A stretch of DNA of 64,000 nucleotides, taken from the human T2T-CHM13v2.0 reference genome, Homo sapiens. Shown here piece by piece: positions 1-15,389 of the stretch. Below the pieces are notes generated by a model. That model had not been told where the DNA came from and did no database searches. It saw only the letters and a program-made list of their open reading frames with translations. The stretch is from NCBI RefSeq assembly GCF_009914755.1, contig NC_060936.1. The stretch is one strand, 5' to 3'. The position numbers were made by a program, and so were the translations under genes. The stretch's first letter is position 1. Every line of letters starts with the position of its first letter.

Positions 1-241
1 CCGCCTGAGCTCTGCCTCCTGTCAGGTGGCGGTGGCCTCAGATTCTCGTAGGAGCCAGAACCCTACTGTGAACTGCGCATGCAAGGAATCCGGGATGCGT
101 GCTCCTTATGAAAATCTAACTAATGCCTGATGATGTGAGGTGGAAGAGTTTCATCCCGAAACCATCCTCCGCACCCCCGTCCGTGGAAAAATTGTCTTCC
201 ACGAAACCGGAGTCTGTTGCCAAAAATGTTGGGGACCACTG
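1..241 (+). mobile_element. MER1B-like hAT-Charlie non-autonomous DNA transposon, 3' part (cut by window start)
   Basis: Typical MER1 text (ccgcctgagctc..., cttatgaaaatctaa, gaaaaattgtcttccacgaaaccgg) ending in TIR ggggaccactg; collinear with the complete copy at 51652-51978. Confidence 0.88.
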
Positions 242-1005
242 ATATAAGGGACCTAAAGAAGTGGAAGAAAATATATTCATGAACTCATCCTCCTCCTTCA
301 CCTTGGAATGAAAAGCAGTAGCCTCCCTCTGGGACATTCTCCTCCCTGTTCGGAGCCTCCGCCTATTCAGGAGAAAGAGAGAAGGGTCTTTTATTAATAC
401 TTGAATGGCACTATCTACCACTAGCTGGCTGCGGATGCCCAGTCTGGAGAAAATATCCAACTCCTCACTCTCTTGGTGAGGCATGCACATGAATTCTCCA
501 GCTGATTCAGCAAGGCATCCTCGCTTGACATAATGGAATTTAGTTGTGACTTAACCTTTGCTAGTGTGCTATCAACTCCTATCCCAAGTGTTATACCCCA
601 CAGCCTTTTGCTGTTGGCGATACCCCCTTGGGTAGGATACCAGGAAGGCAGCTTAAGCACAACTATTCTTTGGTATCTACATAACCAATGAAAAATTCAT
701 GCTTCCTTCCTTGCCATGCCAAATGATGGGAATGTTGGTTACTATGCCTCCTCTTCACCCTACTCTTTCACTCCAGTTCTCCATTTCCCCACTGGCATAA
801 GCACAGTTCTTTGCCAAATCTAACATCTATCCTGGAGTAACAGTTTCCCCGTCATGAAGGATCCCTCAAGTTTCTGTGAAGAGGTTTCTTGGAGGCCCTC
901 TCATCTCACCTCAAGAAGGGGAAGCACCTTAATTCTCCCATCCATATGCCATACCACTGCCCTCCTAAGGTTGCTTTGCCTTCAAAGCTTTCTCCCCTTT
1001 GCTGC

Positions 1006-1218
1006 TTTTTTTTTTTTTTTTTTTTGACAGGATCTGGCTCTGTTGCCCAGGCTGGAGTGCAGTGGCACAATCTTGGCTCCCTGCAGCCTCGACCTCTGAG
1101 GCTCAAGTGATCCTCCTACCTCAGCCTCCCAAGTAGCTGGGACTACAGGCATGCCACCACAACCAGCTAATGTTTTGTATTTTTTTGTAGAGACTGTTTC
1201 ATCATGTTGCCTAGGCTG
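1006..1218 (-). mobile_element. 5'-truncated AluJ
   Basis: Poly-T followed by reverse Alu right arm (ctctgttgcccaggctggagtgcagtggc) and part of the left arm. Confidence 0.9.
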
Positions 1219-1949
1219 CCACTTCTCCTTTAATCGGCTGGAAATAGGAAGTGGTCTTGGGAAATGACTGGAGGTAGGAAGGCTTCTGGTTCTTAACCCT
1301 GAATGAATTGTATGGCTCCCTATAACGATGGCTCTCTTAAGAATGGGAGGTACTTAACCTCTCTGTCCCTAATTTTGATATCTAGTCCCTGTATCCCAGG
1401 CAATATGAAAAGTGCCATGCAACATCCTGTTACAAATAGAAACACAATCCAGGGCTTTTAGAGGCAAAGAGCTACCTTTTCCATGACCCTGACAGTTCTC
1501 TGGAATACACCTGATAAAAATTAATAATCTCAAGATATGTAAGATATAGCCTCTAACCTGATAATCTTCTTTTGGGAGCTTTAAAACTATTTGTTTGTAT
1601 AGAGACTAAGATCCTAGAGAGTTACTCCCTCTTGGTAAAGTTTGGGTCCTTTATTAAAATATGACCACTAATACTGGTATAAAAATAGACACACAGACCA
1701 GTGGAACAGAATGGAGACCCCTGAAATAAAGCTGCATACCTACAACCAACTGATCTTTGACAAAGTCAGCAAAAATGAACCATGAGGAAAGGATACTCTA
1801 TTCAATAAAGAGTGTTAGGAAAACTGGTTAACCAGGCACAGAAGACTGAAACTAGATCCATACCTCTCACTATATACAAAAATTAACTCAAGATGGATTA
1901 AAGGTTAAAGGTAAGTCCTCAAACTATAAAAGTTCCAGAAGAAAACCAA

Positions 1950-2026
1950 ATACATATATATATATGTATATATGTATGTGTATATATATGTGTGTGTGTA
2001 TATATATGTATGTATATATGTATGCA

Positions 2027-2083
<57 letters not shown>
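1950..2083. repeat. Compound (TA)n/(TG)n microsatellite inside L1
   Basis: Direct reading; ends in a long pure TA run. Confidence 0.95.
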
Positions 2084-2085
<2 letters not shown>

Positions 2086-2162
2086 CAAATGCAACAAAAA
2101 CAAAAATTGACACCTGAGACCTAATTTAACCAAAGAGCTTCTGCACAACAGAAGAAACTATC

Positions 2163-2538
<376 letters not shown>

Positions 2539-5329
2539 CTAATATCCAGAATTAATAAGGAACTTAAAAACATCAACAAGAAAAAAATAACCGCAATAAG
2601 AAGTTGGCAAAGGACATGAGCAGAAACTTCTCAAAAGAAGGCATACAAGTGATCAACGAACATATGGAAAAAAATGTTCAACATCACTGATCATCAGAGA
2701 AATGCAAATCAAGACCACAATAAGATACCATCGAACGCCAGTCAGAATGGCTATTACTAAAAAGTCAAAAAAAAAGCAGATGTTGGCGAGCTTGCAGAGA
2801 AAAATGTATGCTTATACACTGTTGGTGGGAATGCAAATTATTAAAGTTCCTGTGGAAACCAGTTTGAGATTTCTCAAAAAACTAAAAATAAAATTACCAT
2901 TCAATCCAGCAATCCCAAAGGAAAATAAGTCATTCTACCAAAAATACACTTGCACTTATAAATTCATAACAGCACTATTCACAATGGCAAAGACATAGAA
3001 TTAAACCAGGTGCCCATCAATGGTGGGTTGGATAAAGAAAATGTGGCATATATACAACATGGAATACTATGCAGCCATAAAAAGGGTAAAACCAAGTTTT
3101 TTGCAGCAACATGAATATAGCTGGAGACCACTATCCTAAGCGAATTGATATAGAAACAGAAAACCAAATACCACATGTTCCCACTATCAGTGGGAGCTAA
3201 ACATTCAGTACACACAGACATAAAGTTGGGAACAATAAACACTAGAGATTCCAAAAGAGGGGAAGGAGGAAGGAGGGCAAGAGTTGAAAAACTACCTATC
3301 AGGTACTATGTTCACTACTTGGGCAACAGGAACATTAGAAGCCCAAACCCCAGCATCACTCAATATACCCATATAACATACCTGCACATGTACCCTCTGG
3401 ATCTAAAATTAAATAAATCAATAAGTAAAATATGACCACTAAGAAATGTAGAGACAAAGGGTTTTGTCTCACTAATCTTGAGTAACCTTAAAGAGATTTT
3501 TCTGAGTAACCGGTATACTCAATTGGAATTCAGTCCTTCTAATGCCAATATGACCCTGTCTCCAATTAAAAAATAATACATATGTCTTAATGTATATGCA
3601 GGTCTCCCCTTGTTGAGGTATTCATGGATTTTTGAGACATTCCAATCTAATTGCCTTTCAAGTTTTTCTTTGATCCCATTACCTAGCATTATAATCTTAG
3701 GTTCACCTGGAATTCTTTTCTAGGCCTTGCCTAACCAGTACCTCAGCTAGAATGGACCACACCCTCAGCCTGATCCAGAGCTAGGCCTTAGCACAGACTT
3801 ACAGCATTTATTAATGTATCATTTGCTTTCAGTTCCAAGACAAAAAGATTCATGAACCCACTATGTATTCTTGATATGAACTCTAGTAATATTCCTTCAG
3901 GTTCTTTCTTGTAATTACTTAAGAATCAATATGGATAGGAATTGGCTCTCGAGAATTAAAATCCAGGTCCTGTTCAATGGTGTAGAATAAAGGATAAGAC
4001 ATAGATCTAGGCAATGCTAAAGCCCTTAAAAAGAGTTTTAAAATCTGTGCTCTGCAGAGCCTGGGGTTCCTCAGAGGTATCATAGGAGCTTTCACAGAGG
4101 GGGGAAATTCAGAAGTGAGGCTCTCCTTGCTCTCTCTCCCACATTCTGAACCGAAAGGATTTTATTTTACATGCTTTATATATCAGGCTTCTAACTAAGA
4201 TTTTATATGAAAATACAGTTTTGCTGCCAAAAAATAAACATTTGCTATATGAATTTCCTTAAATAGTATATATTCTATTTATATATATATACACATTATA
4301 TATATATATACACTCTTGACTTATCAAATGAGAATAAATTCTGCCTTAAGGAGAAGCTGAACTTAATTTTACAAATTACTATCATAAAAAAAGTATATTA
4401 ATAACTATGACAAAATATAAGCATCATTTTTAAGGTTCATTCTTCAATATTCAGCTGTACTAAATACTTTCCTCCAACTCTCACTCAGCCACAAAAATGC
4501 TTTCACAGACTATAATTTAATATTATGCCTTGGCCTTTATCAGAGGTTGATACAAGGAACTGCAATATGACAAACATTTCTGCCTTATTTGTGAAATTGC
4601 TGTTGAAGATACCATCCATCTCCCTTTTATAAAGATCCACGCAATTACTCTCCTTAAAGCTAAGGGACAGAAAACTCTTCTCTTTCCTATTTTTGAAATT
4701 CCAAGAAACCTGTAATCCCTTAGGTTTGCCTTTAGCCTCCAGTAAACTGAAAGTTAAATTTAGTGTTTAAGCAGCAGGGGATGGGGCAGGGGTACATTCA
4801 GATGCTGTGTTTTTTGACCCAATTACCACCCAGTTCTTTTCTAATTCAGCCAACATGAATTGAGTATTTAGGTGCTAAGCACTGTGATAGACGCCAAGGG
4901 CACAAAGATTATTAAAACAAGATGCTTTCCCTAAAAGAGATCTTGGATGAGTACCTCTTGTTCTTTCATTTTATTTTCATGATCTTTCTGTATATGGACC
5001 TTTATTTGTAGCCTATCTCATACCTATTTTTGAAAACAGATATGGTATTATATACAAGTAAATAAAATAAATTAGCATATTCTAGAAAAAGAAGGCATTG
5101 ACTTAAATTCATCTAGAGGCGTAGATAACTAATACTATATTCTTCTCTCTTAGCCTCCTAAATCATCTCAAAGACTGAGCCCCTCTTCCAACCCATCCTA
5201 CACACAATCATCTGATTAATATTCTAACAAGCCTATTCTAATCATATCATTCATCTTCTACTCAAAAATACTACTGTCAGTACCACACACATTGCCTTCA
5301 AAATAAAGTCACAAAACAGTAGCAAACCT

Positions 5330-5610
5330 GGCTGGGCATGGTGGCTCACACCTGTAATCACAGCACTTTGGGAGGCCGAGGCTGTTGGATCATTTGAGGT
5401 CAGGAGTTCGAGACCAGCCTAGCCAACATGGTGAAACCCCATCTCTACCAAAAAAATACAAAAACTTCGCCAGGCATGGTGGTGTGTGCCTGTAGTTCCA
5501 GATACTCAGGAGGCTGAGGCACAAGAATCACTTGAACCCAGGAGACGGAGGTTGTGCTACTGCACTTCAGCCTGGGCAACACAGTGAGACCCTGTCCAAA
5601 AAAAAAAAAA
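5330..5610 (+). mobile_element. AluS with a small right-arm deletion
   Basis: Dimeric Alu; ggaggttg joined directly to tgctactgcac, so the cagtgagccgagatc segment is missing. Confidence 0.92.
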
Positions 5611-8089
5611 CTGCTTCATCCCTCATAAGCACTTATCAATGGATGGGGCTGGGTTACCCATTCCTAGACTGAAATAGGCACGTCCAAGTGTTGAAGGCCT
5701 TGTCAAAAAAAAAAAAAGACAGTCACAGTAAATCCACACGAACTTTCTTCTAAAACACTAATTTCTTTATTTAGCCATTTGGGATCTTACATATCAACCA
5801 CATAAGTTATTAACATTATTTCTCACGTCTGTTCAAATTCACATCACCACCATCACCTTCTTTTAGGCAGGAAGGGTATTCTTCTTGCCCTTTACAAACT
5901 CAACAACTGGAGCAAACCCAGATCCGAGGTCACCTGGCTAATCAGTACCTATCTTGCTTGCTTCCTCCTGATGTGCCTCTAAGAAGCAGAATGCAGCCCA
6001 TGCTGAAAGCCACCCACAGTGACTGCCTGCTGTCCATGAAGGCATTCCTCTTGCGGGTTAGTCCTTGGTTGAAAGTCTTTCGCCACAGAGGAAGCTAGTG
6101 TTCCTAGATTTTGTCACTTGCAGAGAAACTTAAAATGTGTTCTCTATAAAAAGGAAGGTCTTCTTTACTTTCAATGTAGAAGATTGCCCGGAATGACAAT
6201 ATATATGGTTCATTTGCAGTAGCTGATGTTTGTGTAGTTATTTAGTGTCATAGAGAAAAGACTTGATACTTTATGACGAGACTTTAGTGCCAATTTAGTC
6301 ATGCAAATATATAGTGGCATAGAGACAAAAATCCTTTAGCTATTTATTCTGATTCCAACTGTAATTTTTCCACTGTTCTTGCCAGAAAAGTGTTAGTAAA
6401 CTAATTTCTTTCTTCCCCAGACTTGTGTATCTTGTACATAAAATAGAAATCTCTACTTCTAATCATGCTTTAGTCCAACAGGGCTTCTAAGCCATACATT
6501 AGAATAGACTCTATTATTTAAAGAAGTATATTTACGGGGTTAAGAATACTAAGAAGACTCAAGAAATAAATTCTTCAGTTATGTTTCATTTAGCTATCAG
6601 ATACAGTTACCTAGTGAACTAGTGAAACAAAGTAATGTTAGCCTTTAGAGGTTTATGGTTCTAGGGAGGAATAGGGAAAACCATGGAAAGCTGTAGTGCA
6701 AAATATTTTCAATAAAGTGGACATTTTTGATTTAGTGTATTCCTCTGAAACAGCAGGCCCATCTGTAAAATACACAACAGACTGCTATTGCTTTGGGAAA
6801 TGTGTAAGCATCCTTACACTGCAGTCAACTCTATCTAGAGGAGAAAAAAAGATGATCTCTAGAAGCTTTTTCCTGCCACACTCATTAGAGAGCATTTTTT
6901 AATTACATTCACATTCTCAGATACTGTTTTGTATGCACAGTGAACAATGCAGAGAAAAAATTTAAAATGAATATGATTTTCTGCAAACTACTGGAAGAAA
7001 TGTCAGTTTCTTACACAGATAAAACAGCACAGGCATAAGAAAACCCCCAGGAAGATAAGTCACCCTGACATTCCCAAAATTCAGAAATTCACTAGACCCA
7101 AATGACACCACGAAAATGTGATGAATCATTCACTCCTTAGAGATTTTACTTATGCATGGATTGATTGCCTGTGGCATAAAGGGGTCCCAAGTTCTCTGGA
7201 GACTTGTAATCCAAAATTGTTTAGTCTGGATTTGAAGGATAGACAAGAATATTTTAACAATGTTCTCTTTTGCATGATAATTTATCTCCTGCTTAAAGAT
7301 GTGTGTTATGCTATTCCAAAATTCAGGGTCACTCTCCCATAGAAGTGAGGCATAAAGCTCTGATGGGGGCAGTGAATAATTTTAGGCTAGTTGTACACAG
7401 CTGCAGCTACTTGCATGGGTAATTGCTTTTGCCCAAATCACCAGCATTATTGTGGCTCTAAAAGACATATATTTAAAAGCCATTGAAGTGCCAAATCATA
7501 TTACAACAATAGAGCCAGTTCTCCAGAAAATATTCATGTTTTAATTTTAACCAATCTCCACGAATGTGTTGAGCCCTTGCTATAGGACAAAAAGCTGCCA
7601 AGGTATTGTGATACGTTGATGTCTAGCATGACAAACAGAGAAAGGGTGTTGAAACTGCATATACTACCGGACTCTAAGTTTCCATGATGGAAAGGATCTA
7701 TTAATAATGCTAGCACCACCGCCTCACCCAGCTTTTGGCATAAAAAAGACATTCAATAATTTTTTTAATGAATGAATACAATGTCTAATTCCCACAATTG
7801 AAATTGGAAATTTGCAAGTTGAAAGCAGAAGGTCCAGCTATGATGCATGAGAGTGGCTGGTGGTGGCTGTGGAAAGTAAGGTGGTGACTACAACAAAAAT
7901 GGATTTATCTGCTACCCATGCAGGTGTTTGTCACACTTGAACTATCACATCCCATTATTATATTATGTGATATAAGACATACAAGAAGTGGAACATTATT
8001 CCTTGCTCTGGAAAATGTTCCAATCTAATTAGACAAGATTTCTGAGAAGAATAATAACAGGAACATACAATCAAAGTACCAGTATCAGT

Positions 8090-8388
8090 GGTCAGCTGTG
8101 GTGGCTCACACCTGTAATCCCAGCACTTTGGGAGACAATGGTGGGAGGATCACTTGAAGCTAGGAGTTTGAGACCAGTCTGGGCAACAGAGCAAGACCCC
8201 ATCTCTACAAAAAAAATTAACATTAAAAATTAGCCAGGTGTGATAACGCGCAACTGTCATCCTAGCTACTTTGGAGGCTGAGGCAGGAGGACCGCTTAAC
8301 CCCTGGAGTTTGAGGCCACAGTCAGCTATGATTGAACCCCTGCACTCCAGCCGGGTGACAGAGTAAGACCTTGTCTCAAAAAAAAAAA
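8090..8388 (+). mobile_element. AluJ
   Basis: Dimeric Alu with J features (ggaggatcacttga, cagtcagctatgatt) and A-tail. Confidence 0.92.
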
Positions 8389-8552
8389 GGCAACATCAAT
8401 TGTGTGCTATAAATAAAGCAATGTCGTATAGTGGAAAAGAGTATAGGATGCGGAATAAAAAGACATCTTTAAGTCCCAAAGACTGACACTTAGGTGCTGT
8501 GTGCTCTTAGTCAAATCACTGAAACTCTAGATATAAAGTTTACACCTATATA

Positions 8553-8799
8553 TTTAGAGATGGAAGTCTCATTATATTGCCCAAGTTGGAGTGAGCACAG
8601 TGTCTATACACAGGCATGAACATAACAAAATTATGTTATGTTATGTTATGTTATGTTATGTTATGTTATGTTATGTTATGTTATGTTATGTTATGTTATG
8701 TTGTTTTGTACTAGAGCCTCATACTCCTGGAATCAAATGATCCTTTGCCTCAACCTCCTGAGTAGCTGAACCTACAGGCACCTGCCACCACACCTGGCT
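8553..8799 (-). mobile_element. FAM (fossil Alu monomer) containing an internal microsatellite
   Basis: Monomer with 7SL-like segment (cagtgtctatacacaggcatga ~ cagtggctattcacaggcgcga), which distinguishes FAM from FLAM/FRAM. Confidence 0.75.
8631..8700. repeat. (TTATG)14 pentanucleotide microsatellite
   Basis: 14 uninterrupted TTATG units counted directly. Confidence 0.97.
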
Positions 8800-8829
8800 A
8801 AATAATGTATTTTATTATTAAAGGAATGC

Positions 8830-9263
8830 ATGTGGATAAACAAATGTGATGGTTATTTGTTTTCATACAAGAAGTCCAGGAGTAAAGGGCTGCTGGAGTT
8901 GGTTTAATGATTTAAGGCTGCCAAGGTCATAGTCACTAGAGTTCTCTTGATCTTTCCCTCTGGTCCCAAGAAATCTATAACAGCTCTAACTATTGTGTCT
9001 GTGATATAAGAAGGAAGGATGGGGGAAGCAGGAGAATAGGGGAGAAGCTTTTTTGGAGGAGACAAAGCTTTCCAGATCAGAGTCAGGCTTCCACTAATAG
9101 CTCATTGGCTACATTTATGTCACATGCTACCCCTGATAACAAGGGAAGTTAGAAAATGTAGGCTCTTAAAGCTAGACACATTTCTAGCCCAGTTAAAATT
9201 AGGGTTATGTTAGTACAGAAAAGAAGGATGGGAATGAATAGGCCACTAATAGTGTCTTTGTCA
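8830..9263. mobile_element. Old MaLR LTR (MLT1K/L-like)
   Basis: Motifs ctcattggct...gtcacatgctacccct...caagggaagttagaaaatgtag and aaaattagggttatgttagta...gaagga. Confidence 0.6.
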
Positions 9264-9582
9264 ATATTTAGAGAGTTGGTGTAAAGAATTATAAGAGATA
9301 ATATATTTGAAAGTGTTTTGTTAACCATAAAGTTAAGGAAGTCAATTTATTTTTGAATGCACTAAGTGTTATACCATTTTCACGTGCATCCGGTATCATG
9401 GAAAAAGACCTTTAAATAAAACATTTACGATAATTTTTCTAATGTATAAACATTACCTAATATATGTTAGCTCACACACATACACACACACAAACACACA
9501 CATTGCTGACTCAAACAGGAGGAGTGACTTTCTTTTTCCTGTATATTTTAGACAATATAAATTAAAAACATATGTGATTCAC

Positions 9583-11616
<2,034 letters not shown>

Positions 11617-12229
11617 AAAAACTATATGTGATTCACTATGGTCTATAATTTAAGGCACAGTATAATAGGATTTTTTTTACTCTTTGCTTTATTTCTTTAA
11701 GTACATTATTTGCCTTGGATGACTAAATTTTGTCTAAAATTGGGTATATATGCCCTTAGACCTCATTTGCAAGTGATAAAATTAAACTGTAATTATGCAG
11801 TTTGTGAATTAAAATGCCTGAAGCACAATGCTCTTCAAAAAATGAAGGACAATAATAAAAAATGTTAAGTACAATTTTTTTACAATTATCTTCAATATCC
11901 AACAACATATAATAGACTTATTGTGTTTTTTTCTTTCAAGAAGCCTATGAATTTTTTCATATATCAAAAAATGATTTGGGAAGAGGATTTTTTTTTATTT
12001 AAAAAAAGTCAATGTAGGAAAGAAGAAACTAGGAAAATATTCTGTCTCTTTGACAATATAATTACAGTGCCCTATGAAGAAAGAAGTTGGCACAGTAATC
12101 TGATTTTTATTGAATACCAAAGCACACATGAACATTAAAATGCAATTTGAACATGCATGGTGTCAGAGCAGTCAGGAATCTTAAGGAGCAGATTGTTTGG
12201 AAAGCATCTGAAAACACCTTATCTTCACC

Positions 12230-12695
12230 TACAGCTCACCACGGCTGATGAACCACTCTGCGGTCCAGTCTGCCCTACCTGGCTCCACCTCTATCTACCT
12301 CACTGAGTCACACCAGGTCATTCCCAGATCAGGGCTTTTGCACTTGCTGTCCGCTCCTCAGTTTTCTACATGGCTGTCTCCTTGGTATTCCAGTGCTGGC
12401 TCAAATGTCACCTCCTCACCACTGTGACCATCCTGACTAAAGTAGCTAACATCCTCCAGCCCCTCCTTCCCTAAACGAGTCACCCTCCATCCCCCTGCTT
12501 TTATCTCTTCATACAATTTACCATTATCTGTCATATCTTAACTGGGTTTATTTGTGTCTCTTACGTCTTCCCGCTGATTAGACTATAACCTCCACAAAAG
12601 CAGGGGCACTGTCTGTCTTGTTTAGAGCTCTATCTCCAAATACATAGAACTGGGTTCATCACAAAGTGCACCATAAATACTTGTCAGGTGAAAAT
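12230..12695 (+). mobile_element. L2 3' end
   Basis: cagggcttttgcacttgctgt, gctcaaatgtcacctcctca, gactataacctccacaaaagcagggg...ataaatacttg. Confidence 0.75.
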
Positions 12696-14367
12696 TTACA
12701 TATCTATATGTCTTATATATAAATAATACATATATGACATTTCTCATTCTTATGTGACTCTGATAGTCATAGGTTAAATCACATTCCCTATAAACTTTTC
12801 TGGAAAAAAAGTCAATACATTCATGGTTTATCCCAAATAAATTCTTTAAACCACAATCAACATTCTATACTTTGTATAATCTAAAGAGATAGAGCCTGGC
12901 ACATAGTAGATCTCAATAATTATTTGCTGAATTGCATTAATTCAAATTTTGTTTCTATTTAATATTTAAATATGACAAAGTAAAAAGAGAATATTTGGAA
13001 AGGAATAAGCTGTTGTATATAGGTGTATATAGTAGGCAGTATCTCAGATCATAAATGTAATTCTTCCTCAAATAATATTTTGTTAAAACACATTCTTTTG
13101 GTACTAGTCTAAGAGGGAGAGAGTCTAAATACCTAAAGAAAACAGCTAAACAGCTGACCCAGGTCTTCTCCTGGTGAGTTCTTCGCAATTTATTAGCACG
13201 TAAGAAGCTATTTTTCCAGATGCTGTCAATTCTCAATGGAAACAGTGTAAAGTGAGTCCTCTCAAACCTATGAGCTAACTTTCCTAGACTAAGGACTCTT
13301 AAATTGCTGTATCATCTTAAATCTTCATTGCAAACTTTGGTTCTGTTCTGTTCCAAGTTCCTTCCTACCCAGCCCAGTGATTGTGAAACAGTTGTAAAAA
13401 TGTAACTGATCTTAATTTGAACAAGTTTCTTTTTTAAAAGCAAATGTCCATTCTCCCTTCTTTAGTTTCCAAGACAGTATGGGAAAGGTAAGATATCTAC
13501 TTAAAAGCAAAACAGAATGTTAATCTCCTGAGTTGTCTCCATTACTTAAACAAGGTTCATGTGCTTACAAAGTCTAAAGACCCAGCACAAGTGATACAGA
13601 AAAGGCATCAGAAGAGGCATTCAATACCTTCAACTCATTTGAAGCAAGGAAAAAGGGAATGTTCATCTTTACTTGAAATACTCCAGTTTAGAAGGAAAAA
13701 GTTGTAACTTTACAGATTATACAGGTATGATAACAAAATCTTTAATTAAATATAGAGTTCCAAAAAAATCATTAGAGTTCAGGCTGTTGACAGGAAACAT
13801 AATTTCTTCCTGTCCCATGGTATAATTTAGCATGGCACCGAAGAGCTCTTCTGTTTCCGTAAATGCGTTAGATGTGGCTAAAAGACACGTTTTTAAGGTT
13901 GAAGTTGTTTCCTTAAAGCATTGCCACATGCAGAGTCACTCGCCAAAAGGTGGGTGCAGGAGAGAATAAAACAAACACAAGTAACTAGCCAAAGGATTCT
14001 AATAATTCTGAAGAAACTAACATTCAGTGTAATGGCCATTAATAAAAATATTTGTGCTATCATTACCAGCAGAACAGCCACCATAAACTGAGTAGACTAT
14101 GGTGAATTACTGAGTATCATAAAATTCTTAAGTATCTTGTAAGATGCATTTCCCCCATTTAGGAATTACAACTCAGGAAGAAACATTCTAAAAGGAACAG
14201 ACTGTTCCTTTGAGTGTCAGAAGCCACAATAAATATTTTTACAGTAGAATCTAAATAAATGCTTGCATTTTCCAACAAGTCTCAGCTTTTAAACTAAACT
14301 TAGTCCAATCAAGATAAAATTGTAGGGAAATTCTTTTTCTATTTTGTCTTGATTGGACTGAGTTTAG

Positions 14368-14603
14368 GAGCTAAGCTATGAGGACTGCAAGGCATAAGAA
14401 TGACACAGTGGACTTTAGGGACTTGGGGGAAGAGTGGGAGGGGGATGAGGGATAAAAGACTACAAATATGGTACAGTGTATACTGCTCGGGTGATGGGTG
14501 CACCAAAATCTCACAAATCACCACTAAAGAGCTTACTCATGTAACTAAACACCACCTGTACCCCAATAACTTGTGGAAAAAATAAAGTAATAATTATTAT
14601 TAT
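14368..14603 (+). mobile_element. Short L1PB1-like 3' UTR insertion
   Basis: Matches the 3' UTR at 11461-11610; TSD aagataaaat(t/a)gtaggg at 14311-14327 and 14604-14620. Confidence 0.9.
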
Positions 14604-15029
14604 AAGATAAAATAGTAGGGGAAGACTGTATTGGATGTTCTTAGACTCCCCATGATATGCGTGTTTCTGCACTTCTTGGGCATCCTGCCCCTGCTACTCT
14701 ATGTATTTTAGCTTCTCCTCTCACTCTTTACCCATACTCAAGTCATTCAGCTCAAGAAATAAGTAATGAACATCATCTGCGTGCCAGTTCCCATACAGTC
14801 CCATAGTGTTAGAGCTCAAAGAGGCAAACTAGTGGGTGTTGAGAAAATATCTGAAGCTCTTTTTGTCAAATCTCCTGGGAACCCAGCCATGCAGCTGCCC
14901 TTTCCTCCCACTAGAGATGTCCCTGTTGGGCTTTCTTCTCTCCCTAACAGATCCATGATCCCAAAAAATGATTAGGTACAAGAAAAATCCAATGTGTCTA
15001 TGAGTATGCATTGAGGCAGCTCATGGGAG

Positions 15030-15275
15030 AAATTTTTACAAAGGTCCAATGTTACCTCCTAAGGAAAGCTTTCCAGAATCCTTCAGGTAATTACTCACTT
15101 GCTTCTTTGAGCTCTCAGATCATTTCGTTCATACTTCTATTAAAGGCCTTGGCCAGTTGCATTGCAATTACCTGGTTTCTCCTAGTAAACTGTGACCTCT
15201 GCATTTGTCTTTGTACCCCTAACCCTTAGCACGGTGCCTACGTCACAGTAAGTATTAAATAAATGTTGCTAAATG
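15030..15275 (+). mobile_element. L2 3' end fragment
   Basis: aatgttacctcctaaggaaagctttcc...cttagcacggtgcct...aataaatgttgctaaatg. Confidence 0.65.
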
Positions 15276-15389
15276 TGAAGGAGTTAGAAATTGTGTTTTG
15301 CCTGCCATCCAAGGCCCCAAGTCATGCAAAGTCATGTCATAACTTCAGCATATGACAGACGCTTCTGACTTCCTCAACATGATCACCTG

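Larger units (their letters stand above)
8420..9335 (+). mobile_element. MIR split into two pieces (about 8420-8550 and 9265-9335) by a FAM and an MLT1 LTR
   Basis: MIR core-like gctgtgtgctcttagtcaaatcact and 3' part aagagataatatatttgaaagtgttttg. Confidence 0.55.

Noticed and set aside
242-900. Minus-strand ORFs 116-490 and 421-660 as an RT or pseudogene relic
   Set aside because: Only a vague resemblance (LGIGVDSTL) to RT C-terminal motifs; cannot be assigned without an HMM search, and part of one ORF lies in MER1B.
4030-4250. Possible old hAT-Charlie MITE
   Set aside because: Looks repeat-derived, but I cannot define its termini or family.
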